Shown in pieces: positions 24,870 through 35,685 of a stretch of 64,000 nucleotides of DNA. Source of the DNA: Candidatus Woesebacteria bacterium (GTDB lineage: Bacteria; Patescibacteriota; Microgenomatia; UBA1406; HO2-37-13b); the NCBI GenBank assembly GCA_018062135.1, contig JAGOSW010000001.1, positions 73,521 through 137,520 of the forward strand, given 5' to 3'. A program made the translations under genes and the position numbers. Positions within the stretch are counted from its first letter, which is position 1; each line of letters opens with the position of its first letter. The notes under the pieces are model-generated. The model was not told where the DNA came from. It saw nothing but the letters and a program-made list of their open reading frames with translations, and ran no database searches.

Positions 24870-27011
24870 TCACCTGTCAAGGGTGATTTTGTATATGTGT
24901 GAAGCTCCTGATTTGGTTGTGAATAATAGCTGTCCCAGAGCCCCAAACTTAGTTTCGCTAAGTTGAGGATATTTCTCTTTTTCATTAGGCCCAACGACCA
25001 CATATTCGACCCCATATTTCTTCAATAAAATGCCTGTAGCTGCCTTATCGCTGCTCTGATAGATGTTTTGGATGTCTGGAATGAGTTTTCCTACGGCATC
25101 AGACGATCCGCGCCATAGCCATTCATGTACCCACCACCCTGCAACGGTAGGCAATCCTGTGTATGCAGAGATAACATTGTAGTCAGTGTAGGAATCGCCT
25201 TGTGCTTCCAGTATTGTAGGTTGTCCTTTGACAGATGTATTAAAAAATTGAACGATCTCTGCGTTCTCAGGGAATGTCGTTGTAAGCCATTGTGTGCCTT
25301 CTAGTGATGTTGTTTCTTTATTTCCGTAGTAGGAATGTATTGCGAAAGAAGGATAAAGGGCAATAAGTAGGAATAAAGGCACACCTAAGATAAAGTAAAC
25401 GACAGAAAGTATGCCCTTCTCATTCTTAAATAACTCTTTAAAAGACGCAAAAGTATAGGCTGAGGCAAGGCTCATCATCATAAAAGCTTGATAACCAAGC
25501 TTAAACATCGTATTTGCGCGGAAATGTGAAGGATATATGTCTTTTGCATACGCAAATTCTGGAATTGCTATTAATAATGTTCCAAAGGCAAAGAGCATGA
25601 GTGCAAAGTAATCAGCTGATCGTATAGATTTTTTTAACGAAGGTAGTAGTTTTAAGCCAAAAAATACGAAATTGAACCAGAAAAATCCCCATAGCGTTAC
25701 AAGCATCCACCAAGGCGAAACCTGACAATTTCCAGCTTCAAATAAGAACGGGCCGAACTTTTTCATATCGGTAAGAAATGCCGGAGCACAGTTAATCCCC
25801 ACTCCCGTAGCAAAAGGCTCAAAATTCATGGTGAACGGTAGGCTGAAGATAATAAATGAGCCAACCAATAATGCCATGTATATAAAGAAATCACGGGAAA
25901 GCTTAAATACAACAAAAAACAAAACGCTTGTCAGAATGAGGTAAATTGGCGCGTCAAATGCGTTAGTCATGTAATGAATCGAAATCATAAAGCCGAAAAG
26001 AAGAGCGTATACCCAGTCAGGAATGTGCTCATCTTTTTTTGTACTCCCATCGAAAAAGAGCCATAACAGAGCGAGCATAAGCAGGACAAATGGAATGTCA
26101 TAGACATGGCCGTGCAAATCGGCAACTACATATGAATAAAGCGGAAATTCATGAATAGTCAATGGAATAAAACGCGTTGCGTTTGGGTACCAGTAATTTT
26201 CAGACAATCGATCGAATGATGCTTTAGGTGTCGCAAGGTCTTTTAGCTCATATTTCGGCTTAAGTTCCCAAATAGCTACAGGCTTATCGTTAGGGTAGCC
26301 TTCTGTTAATGAGTAAGCAGTATGCAAATTTCCACCTAAATTGACCAAGAACATGGCCAGCACCGCGGTGAGGAAAGCCAATTTTAAGTTTTTCTTAAAT
26401 CCAACGTACGCAAGATTGAGACCAAGTGAAAAGCTTTGTGTAATACCAAACGCAAATATTGAGGCAAGAATTAAATTATATGATATTTGGGCAGGAATAT
26501 TAGATAATCTTGTCAGAACGGCCCCTGTAATATGGCCAAAGTAATAATAGTTGATCGACTTTCCCGCAAGCCACATATCCTTTGGAGGAAAATATTCTCC
26601 TCGTAGTGCGGAATTTGTAAATCCAAAATCCATAAATTTTTCAAGCCCGCGAATTGAAGGTTCTTGGCCTCGTACATACGCCCAAGTAAAAATAGCTATT
26701 AAAAACAGAACTTCTTCTAAAAGCCAGATCGGTGTGATCTTGAACTCATCTTTAGTTTTTTTGAATACGTAGAAATTAAATGCTCCTGCTGCTATTAATA
26801 TGAGGAAAAGAGTTGTCGAGGTAAAAGGAAGAATCTTAAATGTTCCAAGGATAAATGTGGCGTATGTTATGCATAAAATACCAATGATTTTTGAAAATGC
26901 ATACCCTTGGTCATAAAATCGTCTAAAAAGTAATCGGGTTGTTGGAAGAAAAAGTATGCCAACTAAACTTAAGACAGCATACCACCAAAAGGTTACCACG
27001 TGCCATTCCAT
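24870..27011 (-). CDS. DUF2298 / 'YYY' large integral membrane protein
   Basis: 713 aa with about 20 TM segments and the signature 'KSINYYYFGH'. Confidence 0.8.
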   Translation of the reverse strand: MEWHVVTFWWYAVLSLVGILFLPTTRLLFRRFYDQGYAFSKIIGILCITYATFILGTFKILPFTSTTLFLILIAAGAFNFYVFKKTKDEFKITPIWLLEEVLFLIAIFTWAYVRGQEPSIRGLEKFMDFGFTNSALRGEYFPPKDMWLAGKSINYYYFGHITGAVLTRLSNIPAQISYNLILASIFAFGITQSFSLGLNLAYVGFKKNLKLAFLTAVLAMFLVNLGGNLHTAYSLTEGYPNDKPVAIWELKPKYELKDLATPKASFDRLSENYWYPNATRFIPLTIHEFPLYSYVVADLHGHVYDIPFVLLMLALLWLFFDGSTKKDEHIPDWVYALLFGFMISIHYMTNAFDAPIYLILTSVLFFVVFKLSRDFFIYMALLVGSFIIFSLPFTMNFEPFATGVGINCAPAFLTDMKKFGPFLFEAGNCQVSPWWMLVTLWGFFWFNFVFFGLKLLPSLKKSIRSADYFALMLFAFGTLLIAIPEFAYAKDIYPSHFRANTMFKLGYQAFMMMSLASAYTFASFKELFKNEKGILSVVYFILGVPLFLLIALYPSFAIHSYYGNKETTSLEGTQWLTTTFPENAEIVQFFNTSVKGQPTILEAQGDSYTDYNVISAYTGLPTVAGWWVHEWLWRGSSDAVGKLIPDIQNIYQSSDKAATGILLKKYGVEYVVVGPNEKEKYPQLSETKFGALGQLLFTTKSGASHIYKITLDR

Positions 27012-27070
27012 GGTGTAAAGATATAGCTTTTAGATTGAATTTGCAAGCTATATTTGCTATAGTTGCCGGT

Positions 27071-29173
27071 ATGCAGAAGACGTTTGTGCCGTCAGAATGG
27101 GAAGAAAAATTATACTCACAATGGGAGCGTGACGGTGTTTTTACCGCTAAAGTCGATCCAAAAAAAGAACCATTTTCAATTATTCTACCTCCTCCGAATG
27201 CGAATGCAGATCTTCATGTCGGCCACGCAATGTATGTATATGAAGATATTATGATTCGCTACCATAAGCTCCAGGGCAAGGAAGTTTTGTGGCTTCCTGG
27301 AGCTGATCATGCTGGCTTTGAGACACAATATGTGTACGAAAAACATCTAGCAAAGCAAGATAAAAGCCGCTTCGACTTTCCTCGAGACGAACTATATAAA
27401 GATATTTGGAACTTTGTAATGCAAAATCGCGAAACGATGGAAAATCAGCTACGAAAACTGGGTTTCGCGCTTGATTGGGAGAAGAAAAAGTTCACTCTTG
27501 ATGAGGATGTTGTTGCAATTGTGTACACGACTTTTGAACGCATGTTTAATGAGGGGTTAATTTATCGTGACAAAAAACTCGTGAATTATTGTACGCATGA
27601 CGGCACTTCCTTCTCCGATTTGGAAGTCGTATATAAAGATGAAACGGTTCCACTTTACTATATGAAGTACGGTCCCTTTGAATTAGCGACTGTTCGCCCT
27701 GAGACAAAATTCGGTGATACTGCTGTGGCAGTTCACCCAACTGACAAGCGCTACATAGAATATATTGGCAAAGAAATTGAGGTCGAAGGGCTTCTCGGGA
27801 CGTTCACTATAAAAGTCATCTCTGACGAAGCAGTCGATCCAAAATTTGGTACCGGGGTTGTAAAGGTTACGCCAGCACATGATTTCAATGATTATGAAAT
27901 GGCGAAGCGTCACAATCTCCCACTTAAACAGGTCATAGGATTTGATGGGCGATTAAATGAACACACAGGGCCATACAAAGGGATGAAAGTAGCCGCCGCG
28001 CGAGCCAAAGTTGTAGAAGATTTGAAAGCTAAAGGACTTATCACGAAAGTTAACGAAGCATATGAACATCGTGTACCAACGTGTTATAAGTGCGGCAGAG
28101 TTATTGAGCCACTTCCAAAAGAACAGTGGTTTGTTAAAGTTCGCCCATTGACTGAAAAAGCAATGGAAGCTGTTGAAAAAGGCGAAATAGAAGTACACCC
28201 AAAGCGATTTAAGAAAATTCTCTATGATTGGCTTGATCGCTTCCATGACTGGAATATTTCTAGGCAAATCGTTTGGGGTATTCGTATTCCCGCATATCAA
28301 TGTGGCTCTGATCATAGTGAAAAAGGCTGGTTTGTATCGACGGAGCAGCCTAAGGAATGTTTGAAGTGTGGAAAAGACTGCGGATTTAAACAAGACGAAG
28401 ACACGTTTGACACATGGTTTTCATCGTCACAATGGCCAATGATCACATTGAAAACCCAGAAAGATAAAGAACTCTACGATTATTTTTATCCCACAACTGT
28501 TATGGAAACGGGTTACGATATTCTCCCTGTGTGGGTAACTCGCATGATTATGATGGGGATTTTTGTGACGGGCAAAGTTCCATTCAAACACGTGTATCTC
28601 CATGGTATGGTGCGCGATAAGAAAGGTCTCAAAATGAGTAAAAGTAAGGGAAATGTAGTAAATCCGCTCGTAATGATCGATAAATTTGGCGCGGACGCGC
28701 TTCGCGCGACTCTAGTATTTCAGACCACTCCAGGGGGCGACGTAAGTTTTGCCGAGGATAAGATTATCGGCATGCGAAATTTCGCGAACAAAATCTGGAA
28801 CATCGGTCGCTTATTAAAAATGAGTGAAGAAGAAGGGAAAAAGGATGAAAGCGATCCTTCATCAGAAGATAAAAAGGCTTTAGAAGAGCTCAATATAGCG
28901 CACGCAGCCCTCGAAAAATCTGTTCACAAAAGTATGAACAGCTACGAATTTGCGCGTGCATTTGATGATTTATACGAATTCGTGTGGCACGAATTCGCAG
29001 ATATTTACATTGAGCGGTTGAAAGAAGCGGTCCGATCTGGTAATATAAAGGTTCTTGAGGAGATGAAAAAAGTCTTTTCTACGGACCTCAAGCTTCTTCA
29101 TCCATTTATGCCATTTGTTACGGAGGCAATATGGAAGGAATTGAACGGAGAAGATACATCAGTTTTTGATTAA
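27071..29173 (+). CDS. valS: Valine--tRNA ligase (short form lacking the long C-terminal coiled coil)
   Basis: '[11 protein letters not shown]' (HIGH), 'KMSKSKGN' (KMSKS) and an editing domain. The ATG at 27071 is preferred. Confidence 0.95.
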   Translation: MQKTFVPSEWEEKLYSQWERDGVFTAKVDPKKEPFSIILPPPNANADLHVGHAMYVYEDIMIRYHKLQGKEVLWLPGADHAGFETQYVYEKHLAKQDKSRFDFPRDELYKDIWNFVMQNRETMENQLRKLGFALDWEKKKFTLDEDVVAIVYTTFERMFNEGLIYRDKKLVNYCTHDGTSFSDLEVVYKDETVPLYYMKYGPFELATVRPETKFGDTAVAVHPTDKRYIEYIGKEIEVEGLLGTFTIKVISDEAVDPKFGTGVVKVTPAHDFNDYEMAKRHNLPLKQVIGFDGRLNEHTGPYKGMKVAAARAKVVEDLKAKGLITKVNEAYEHRVPTCYKCGRVIEPLPKEQWFVKVRPLTEKAMEAVEKGEIEVHPKRFKKILYDWLDRFHDWNISRQIVWGIRIPAYQCGSDHSEKGWFVSTEQPKECLKCGKDCGFKQDEDTFDTWFSSSQWPMITLKTQKDKELYDYFYPTTVMETGYDILPVWVTRMIMMGIFVTGKVPFKHVYLHGMVRDKKGLKMSKSKGNVVNPLVMIDKFGADALRATLVFQTTPGGDVSFAEDKIIGMRNFANKIWNIGRLLKMSEEEGKKDESDPSSEDKKALEELNIAHAALEKSVHKSMNSYEFARAFDDLYEFVWHEFADIYIERLKEAVRSGNIKVLEEMKKVFSTDLKLLHPFMPFVTEAIWKELNGEDTSVFD

Positions 29174-29177
29174 AAAC

Positions 29178-29315
29178 ATGCCAAAAAGAACTTATCAACC
29201 AAAAAAACTAAAGCGCCTTAGAAAGCACGGTTTTTTGACAAAAAATAGCACAGCAGATGGAAGAGCCACTCTAAAAAGACGACGTCTTAAGGGCAGGGTT
29301 CAAATTGCTCTTTAA
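29178..29315 (+). CDS. rpmH: 50S ribosomal protein L34
   Basis: [45 protein letters not shown]. It falls below the ORF-track length cutoff. Confidence 0.9.
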   Translation: MPKRTYQPKKLKRLRKHGFLTKNSTADGRATLKRRRLKGRVQIAL

Positions 29316-29320
29316 ATATC

Positions 29321-30148
29321 ATGGGAATTGGAGCTTTATATAATCTACTTTTAGTTAATCCAACGATTAATTTCTTACTTTTATTTCTTTTTATATTTTC
29401 TACATGGCAGATTCCTGGTTCACTTGGTTGGGCAATCATTGCCTTAACAGCCTCTATTCGACTTCTTCTTAATCCATTATTCGCGAAGCAAATGAAAACA
29501 GCTAGAGATATTGAAATGCTTCGTCCAAAACTTGCTGCTCTTAACGATAAGCATAAAAATGATAAGCAGCAGCTTCAAAAAGAACAGCTTAAACTTTATC
29601 AAGATCATGGCATTAATCCTGCTTCGGGTTGTGTGACGGGTTTAATCCAGATGCCAGTATTTATTGCGCTGTATCATGTTCTCCAACTTTTCTTAACAAA
29701 TCCTGATGTTTCTAAAATAGTTTCTGAGGTTAATGCTGTTGCCTATACAGATCTCATAAAAATAACAACGATTGATCCTATGTTCTTTGGGTTTAACCTT
29801 GCTGCTAACCCTTCACAATTTCAAAAGCTGGGTTGGTATTACCTTATTATTCCTGTCGTGACAGCGATATTACAGTACTACCAAATTAGTATGCAATCTC
29901 CTACGGTATCAACACCAAAAAAAGTTGAAGATAACAGTAGTAAGAAAAAAGGTGATAAAAAAGATGAAAAAGATTCTGGCGAAGATATGCAAGTCGCCAT
30001 GGCGAAACAAATGAAGATAATGTTCCCACTTATGATTGGGTATTTCTCTTATGTCTTCCCTGTTGGTTTAGCACTGTATTGGAATATTTTCTCGTTATTC
30101 AGCATTATTACAAGTAGAAAAGGAAAAACATGGACCACACAGAAGTAA
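29321..30148 (+). CDS. yidC: Membrane protein insertase YidC/Oxa1 (short form)
   Basis: Five TM segments, 'LLNPLFAKQMK' and 'GINPASGC', in the conserved position after rpmH. Confidence 0.9.
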   Translation: MGIGALYNLLLVNPTINFLLLFLFIFSTWQIPGSLGWAIIALTASIRLLLNPLFAKQMKTARDIEMLRPKLAALNDKHKNDKQQLQKEQLKLYQDHGINPASGCVTGLIQMPVFIALYHVLQLFLTNPDVSKIVSEVNAVAYTDLIKITTIDPMFFGFNLAANPSQFQKLGWYYLIIPVVTAILQYYQISMQSPTVSTPKKVEDNSSKKKGDKKDEKDSGEDMQVAMAKQMKIMFPLMIGYFSYVFPVGLALYWNIFSLFSIITSRKGKTWTTQK

Positions 30149-30588
30149 TAAAGAAACTTACCACAGAGCTCTTAGACCAACTTGGATTTAAGGCAGAAGT
30201 TGAGATAAAGCTTGAAGGCACGATGTATCATATTCATTTTAGAACTGAAGAAGATGCGTCGCTCCTTATTGGTAAGCATTCACGTATGCTGGCTTCATTA
30301 CAACGCGTTCTTTCAGCTATGCTTTTCCAAAAAATTGGTGAAAAAGTTGATGTGCTCCTTGATGTAAATGATTATCGTGAAGCACAGAAAGAACGCCTAA
30401 TAGGTATTGCGAATAATGTTGCCCAGCGTGTTCTTGAAGAAAAGAGAGATTCAAAGCTTTCCTCTTTCTCAGCATATGAGCGACGAATAATTCATGAACA
30501 TATCGCTGAAAACTACCAGTCTCTCGAATCCTTCTCTGAAGGTGAAGGCGAAGATCGCTACTTGGTCATTGCGCAGAAAAAATCCTAA
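30130..30588 (+). CDS. jag: Jag/KhpB-like KH + R3H RNA-binding protein
   Basis: KH-like 'LIGKHSRMLASLQ' and R3H 'ERRIIHEHI', in the position after yidC. Confidence 0.8.
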   Translation: MDHTEVIKKLTTELLDQLGFKAEVEIKLEGTMYHIHFRTEEDASLLIGKHSRMLASLQRVLSAMLFQKIGEKVDVLLDVNDYREAQKERLIGIANNVAQRVLEEKRDSKLSSFSAYERRIIHEHIAENYQSLESFSEGEGEDRYLVIAQKKS

Positions 30589-30692
30589 AAATATCTCCTG
30601 ATCCTTGAATTAGGCTTAGCAAATCCCTATACTCTATTCCATATCTTTATGTGTTTCATGTGGTATAATACTATAAGTCGTAACTTTTAACG

Positions 30693-30920
30693 ATGAAGGC
30701 TATACAGTATCAACATAAGAACGTACTGTTTACACTATTGGCCTTAGGCGCGGTCTTTTTACTGGCTCCTTTTCTTCTTACCTTCGACTCTCTCTATTAC
30801 ATGATCGTTCGTCCCTCATGTTTACAATGTGGCGCACTTCCAGAATTTTTACGTAGTCAATCGCTCACAGCAGCAATGTTGTCGTCACTCAATGTTTATC
30901 AGTTTCCGGCGAAAAAATAA
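30693..30920 (+). CDS. Small membrane protein (75 aa)
   Basis: One TM helix. TGGTATAAT at 30661-30669 lies upstream. Its stop overlaps the next ATG (TAATG). Confidence 0.45.
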   Translation: MKAIQYQHKNVLFTLLALGAVFLLAPFLLTFDSLYYMIVRPSCLQCGALPEFLRSQSLTAAMLSSLNVYQFPAKK

Positions 30921-33900
30921 TGGCTAGTCCTGAACAAGGAGGAAATCCGGAAACACCACTCCAGCGAAAAATTCGTGAAACCCGTGAGTTTATTCGCCGT
31001 TTACTGGGTCAAGTAGATGCTGATCCGCAAAAAACTGACGCGCAAAAAAAACAAGAGAAAGAAAGCATGGCCAGAACATCGCAAGATGAATTAAAGAGAA
31101 AAGTAAGTGACTACGAGAAAATTCCTGAAAGTCAGAGAGATGATGACAAAATTGAGGAAGACATGCTTACTCATGTAAATGAATTGGCAGAATTGGTTAA
31201 GAATAAAGTTGTCCCCCATGTGCCAGAGATTACTGAAGCTGTCGTTATTGCTCTTGCGACGAAGAAATTCGATAAGAAAAAAGCACTATTAATAGGATCA
31301 ATTGTAGGCGAAATTGTGGATTCTCCAGAATTTAAGTCAGTCGCAAATCGTGGTATTGATGAAGTGCGGGGGAGTTTGAAGAATCTGGCATCTCGATTGC
31401 GTGGTGAGGGGCATGGTGATATGGCGGATACAATTGATGGTGAAGTTGCAGCTTCAGAGCCTCCTAAGGAGCCACCTAAGCCTCCAGAGGGACCACCGGG
31501 AGGACCGCCAGGAGCACCAGAAAGACGCGAAGATGAAGAAGACGATGATCGCGAAGACATCGAAAAATATTTAAACAAGCATTATCACCAATTAAAAGCA
31601 ACGAGAGACGCCAGTGGAAATATTATAGAAGGCACTGAAAACTGGCTTGATATCGAAACTCAAAAAAAAGGCGGATACTATGGACTTACTCAGGAGCTGC
31701 AAAGAAGTTTGCTGGGCGCGGCAATTATTCGCCAGATTGATCTGACGCGCCGCCAAAGAGTTGTACTTCGTGCATTTGATGGCGGCGATGAATTTAGAAC
31801 ATATTTTAGAGCCACGCGCGAAATGCTTGCCGATAAGGCAACTGAGGCAGGTAAGCCGACTTCTCCTGACGATATTTCTATTAATACTGCGTATAAAGCC
31901 ATGAGTAATGATGTTAAAGATATCGTCAGAGAATTCTTATCGACACTCAGTGGGACCGTTGATCAATCAAGTCAAAAAGAGACGCAATATATAGGTATGC
32001 TGGTTGAGCGTATTTCGCGCAACATCAGAACAGAAATAGCAGGCGACACTGAGATGGATGTTCCAGGGAAGATTAAATTAGAAGGTACAGATGCGCTCTT
32101 ACCTTCTGATAAACAGACGGAGTCAAATAGAGGTCCAGGCAAAGATGGAATGTTAATCGGTGGTATGAATGAATATCTTGTACCTCGTAATGTAGAAGTT
32201 TCGATGAGCGAGGCGCTTGTTGATGACCTTGCGTCCACTATAACTAAATTGCAAAAGATTACTGTTGGCTTCCATAATGCTCGTACTTTTGCTTATTCTG
32301 GCGGTAGCCATAAAGATTTCGGTGAACAGCTTAAGAAAGATGGTGTTAAGCCAGCAGATTTGGTTTGGACCTTTAAAAAAGAAGAAGATGTAAATTTAGG
32401 TTACAACTTACTTATTCAGAGTCTCCAACAACTAAAGTCGCAGACTGCTAGGACTGTCACAGAGCGCTATGGCTCAATGTCTAAAGTCGGAGGCCTTACG
32501 GAAGCTGAATATCGCGCCTGGATTCAGATGCTCGCGTTGGATGATGACTATAGAAAAGCTGAATCTGATCATAAACTCGCCCAAGATGCACAAGACAGTA
32601 TTCGTGAGAAGAAGAATAAAAAAGCTATGGACCGCATAAAGCAAAAGAAATTGCGTGCTATTAAAATGGCAAGTGGTATCGCATGGGGACATAGTCGAGA
32701 AGCTTGGGGTGTGCTTCTCGATGCGAAGCTACTTGTAAAGAGAAGTGGAAAAGGTACTGAAGATGAACCATTTACTATTGGTCAACATTATGGCGGCTCA
32801 CAATCATCTGGAATTGAGAAAATGCTTGCAGAACTTCATCCGGAGATGCTTGACGATCGCTGGGGAAGAGATAAAATTGCACCGATTTGGATGTTGTATC
32901 AACCGAGAGATCTTGAGGCCGCGGATACTGGGTGGAAGAGCAGCGAACCATTTTCACATACACGCATTTACGATCTATATGATCAAAACCAGAAAGCTTT
33001 TTACAGTGGGCGTTCTGATGACCTTGCTGACTTTGATGATGAGTATATAACCGTTCAGGAGTTTGCAAATGTGACTTCGCTCCATATGCTACGACGTGAA
33101 AGCTGGCGCCTTCGTCAATATGATCTATATTCAGATAGATATGCGAAAGAAGCAGAAGATAAAGGCCTGCAAGGAATGAAAAAACACGAGTATATGACTA
33201 AGCGCCTCATGATACGAGGCGGTCCTCGCTTAGTAAAAATGTACATAGATAAGAATGTGAAGGATTTGATGAAAGATGATAAAAAAATGGATCGAAAGCA
33301 CGTACGGAGACTTGAGAAGGCAAGTAAAGCTGAAGAAGCAGAAGAAAAAACAGGTATGGAAACTAATGGTCGGCGCAAGGCGCAAGCAGAAGGTCGAGCG
33401 GCTAAACAACACGGCCTTGAGACATATTATGAAAAATTCATATTTGATGATCTGTCGAAGCGTTTCGCGACGAGTTTAATCGGTTTTGAACAACCACGAT
33501 ACATGCCACAGAACGAGAATACGCTTTATACTGCACTTAATTCTTATGTAGAGAAAATTCCCTTCTTTCAAGATCTTCCAGCAAATGTATTGCAGACAGA
33601 GATTTATCCTGTATATATTGATGCAATACATACGATAGAGCGGAACAAATGGGAAAAGTATACAAAAAGTAAAGACGGCGATACGGAAGCACAAATAAAA
33701 CGCCAGCTCGAGGATCCACAAGATCTTACGGATGCTGACTTTGATGATCCGGATATTAAATCTAAATTAAGAACGCACTATAAACTTAATCAAGAGCGCA
33801 TTGGAGAGATTACTGACGATAAACATAAACTTAATGCTGATTTTGAAGAATATTATGAATCCCTAAAAGGTTTCCATAGAAAATTATTGCAAGAGCGCGA

Positions 33901-34843
33901 TAAAGATAGGTATAACAGAGTATCAATTCGCAAAAGAAAGAAAGAGACCTTGGCAAAGCGCTATGCACATATGCTGGCAATTGATCAGGGCGGTATAAAT
34001 CAAGCAATGGGTGGTTCGTACTTTGATTTTTCACTCGAAGTACAACAGGGTGGTATTGACGCAGTCAATAGATTGAGTTCAGATGTAAATAAATCAGCAG
34101 AAATGACAGAGGCGTGGGAAAAGCTTACTGGCGATGGGGGTGCTCTAGAGAAATTTGCGCAGAGTGCTGCTGAGGAGGAAGATGATATTCATAGCGGTGC
34201 TAAATCAATAGCTGAAGCCGTTGCGGGTATTGTTAAATATCCCTACTCGTTTAGTCCTGACCAAGGTAACGAATATAAGGTACGTCATGAAATCTTTTGG
34301 GGTCGTGCATTTGCTCGTCCGGAAGCTTTTAAAGGCCTTTTTGGACCAATGCACGAAATTAATTGGAAGAATTTAAGAGGTGGCCAATCGAGTCTTTTTG
34401 CTGAATATTATCAAAAGGTTCTTGGACGAACTGATGTAACCACACTTGATTCAGATCAAATTCGTATTATGTTAAATACCATGGAGCATGAATTGCGCAT
34501 ACCACCTAAGAAGTTAGAAGTGGCTGAATATGAAAGCGTGGCCGACATGAATATTGCTCGTCGATATTTACGTAATGCAGAAGATGCAATGCGACATATT
34601 CCATTAGTTGGTCCTACTTTACGTGGAGTATTACGTTCCACGACGAGTATGTTTACTGAGGCGGGGGTTAAAAAATATCGTACACATGAATATAACCAGA
34701 ATATGGCGTTACGCGAGTTAGGTGCTCGAAAGCGAGATATAATTCGCGAAAAGGCAATATCAGTAGATTCATTAATAATGCTTTTTGCAGGATTACTTGC
34801 TTATGGGAAAGCCGCCGATGAGGCAAATAATAAAAAACATTAG
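30920..34843 (+). CDS. Giant charged protein (1307 aa), unknown function, C-terminal hydrophobic anchor
   Basis: Uninterrupted ORF, Lys/Glu/Asp/Arg-rich, with the Pro/Gly tract 'EPPKEPPKPPEGPPGGPPGAP' followed by an acidic run. The C-terminus contains 'LIMLFAGLLAYG'. Confidence 0.8.
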   Translation: MASPEQGGNPETPLQRKIRETREFIRRLLGQVDADPQKTDAQKKQEKESMARTSQDELKRKVSDYEKIPESQRDDDKIEEDMLTHVNELAELVKNKVVPHVPEITEAVVIALATKKFDKKKALLIGSIVGEIVDSPEFKSVANRGIDEVRGSLKNLASRLRGEGHGDMADTIDGEVAASEPPKEPPKPPEGPPGGPPGAPERREDEEDDDREDIEKYLNKHYHQLKATRDASGNIIEGTENWLDIETQKKGGYYGLTQELQRSLLGAAIIRQIDLTRRQRVVLRAFDGGDEFRTYFRATREMLADKATEAGKPTSPDDISINTAYKAMSNDVKDIVREFLSTLSGTVDQSSQKETQYIGMLVERISRNIRTEIAGDTEMDVPGKIKLEGTDALLPSDKQTESNRGPGKDGMLIGGMNEYLVPRNVEVSMSEALVDDLASTITKLQKITVGFHNARTFAYSGGSHKDFGEQLKKDGVKPADLVWTFKKEEDVNLGYNLLIQSLQQLKSQTARTVTERYGSMSKVGGLTEAEYRAWIQMLALDDDYRKAESDHKLAQDAQDSIREKKNKKAMDRIKQKKLRAIKMASGIAWGHSREAWGVLLDAKLLVKRSGKGTEDEPFTIGQHYGGSQSSGIEKMLAELHPEMLDDRWGRDKIAPIWMLYQPRDLEAADTGWKSSEPFSHTRIYDLYDQNQKAFYSGRSDDLADFDDEYITVQEFANVTSLHMLRRESWRLRQYDLYSDRYAKEAEDKGLQGMKKHEYMTKRLMIRGGPRLVKMYIDKNVKDLMKDDKKMDRKHVRRLEKASKAEEAEEKTGMETNGRRKAQAEGRAAKQHGLETYYEKFIFDDLSKRFATSLIGFEQPRYMPQNENTLYTALNSYVEKIPFFQDLPANVLQTEIYPVYIDAIHTIERNKWEKYTKSKDGDTEAQIKRQLEDPQDLTDADFDDPDIKSKLRTHYKLNQERIGEITDDKHKLNADFEEYYESLKGFHRKLLQERDKDRYNRVSIRKRKKETLAKRYAHMLAIDQGGINQAMGGSYFDFSLEVQQGGIDAVNRLSSDVNKSAEMTEAWEKLTGDGGALEKFAQSAAEEEDDIHSGAKSIAEAVAGIVKYPYSFSPDQGNEYKVRHEIFWGRAFARPEAFKGLFGPMHEINWKNLRGGQSSLFAEYYQKVLGRTDVTTLDSDQIRIMLNTMEHELRIPPKKLEVAEYESVADMNIARRYLRNAEDAMRHIPLVGPTLRGVLRSTTSMFTEAGVKKYRTHEYNQNMALRELGARKRDIIREKAISVDSLIMLFAGLLAYGKAADEANNKKH

Positions 34844-34865
34844 CAAATCAACTTTTTGGTATAGT

Positions 34866-35684
34866 ATGGATATGATTCGCAGAGCTATTCTAGTCATTAT
34901 TGCGTTATTTGTAATTCTTGGTACTCCTTCACAAGTCCATGCCTTTGGGGCGGATATAGACATAAGTAGAACGATACCAGGGATTAATTGTGGCCTTCCA
35001 GGTTTGGAATCAAACCCAAAAGCGGCACAATGTTGTTATTATGCTCCATTTAAATCCATCGACAAAGTACCTTGGATTATAGAAAAAATTGGAGGTATCG
35101 GTTTACCTCTGTTGCCGAATCCGTTAAAAGCTTGGAATAGAACCAGAGAATCACTACTTAAAACCCAAGAGGAACATGCCTCAAAAAGACCGTGTGAAGT
35201 AGGGTTTCCTAAGCCCGATGGCATATCGCCCTCAGATCCTGCTTGCCGTTGCGAAATTCCACCCGATGGAGTGAGAGAAAATCTTGTTGCACTTTGTCGA
35301 GATCGATTTGATCCGGTAAAGAGAGGAAAAGGCGTAGTGCTTTCAAGTAATGAAATTTCGCGTTTGAATGCCGAAAAAGATGAGTGTATGAGGTGCGGAA
35401 GAGATAATGGATATTATAGCGCAATTGGTTGTGTCCGTTTTAGTCTTACCGACTTCATTACGCGCTGGGTATTTGGTTTTGGCGTCGGCGTTGCCGGTCT
35501 TTTTGCTTTGGGATGTATAATATTGGCTGCTATAAAGATTCAACTATCACAAGGGCAAGCAGAAACTGTGCAGCAGTCAAGAGAAATGATGACTTCCTGC
35601 ATACTTGGATTACTACTTATCGTATTCTCAGTATTCCTCTTGAATTTTGTAGGGGTGACCATACTTCCTGGATTATTCTTATAG
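34866..35684 (+). CDS. Secreted Cys-rich protein fused to a TrbC/VirB2-like pilin C-terminus
   Basis: Signal peptide 'MDMIRRAILVIIALFVILGTPSQVHA', 14 Cys in total with 12 in the mature ectodomain (after signal-peptide cleavage, before the first C-terminal TM helix), and the C-terminal '...AAIKIQLSQGQAETVQQSREMMTSCILGLLLIVF' between two TM helices. Confidence 0.6.
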   Translation: MDMIRRAILVIIALFVILGTPSQVHAFGADIDISRTIPGINCGLPGLESNPKAAQCCYYAPFKSIDKVPWIIEKIGGIGLPLLPNPLKAWNRTRESLLKTQEEHASKRPCEVGFPKPDGISPSDPACRCEIPPDGVRENLVALCRDRFDPVKRGKGVVLSSNEISRLNAEKDECMRCGRDNGYYSAIGCVRFSLTDFITRWVFGFGVGVAGLFALGCIILAAIKIQLSQGQAETVQQSREMMTSCILGLLLIVFSVFLLNFVGVTILPGLFL

Positions 35685-35685
35685 A

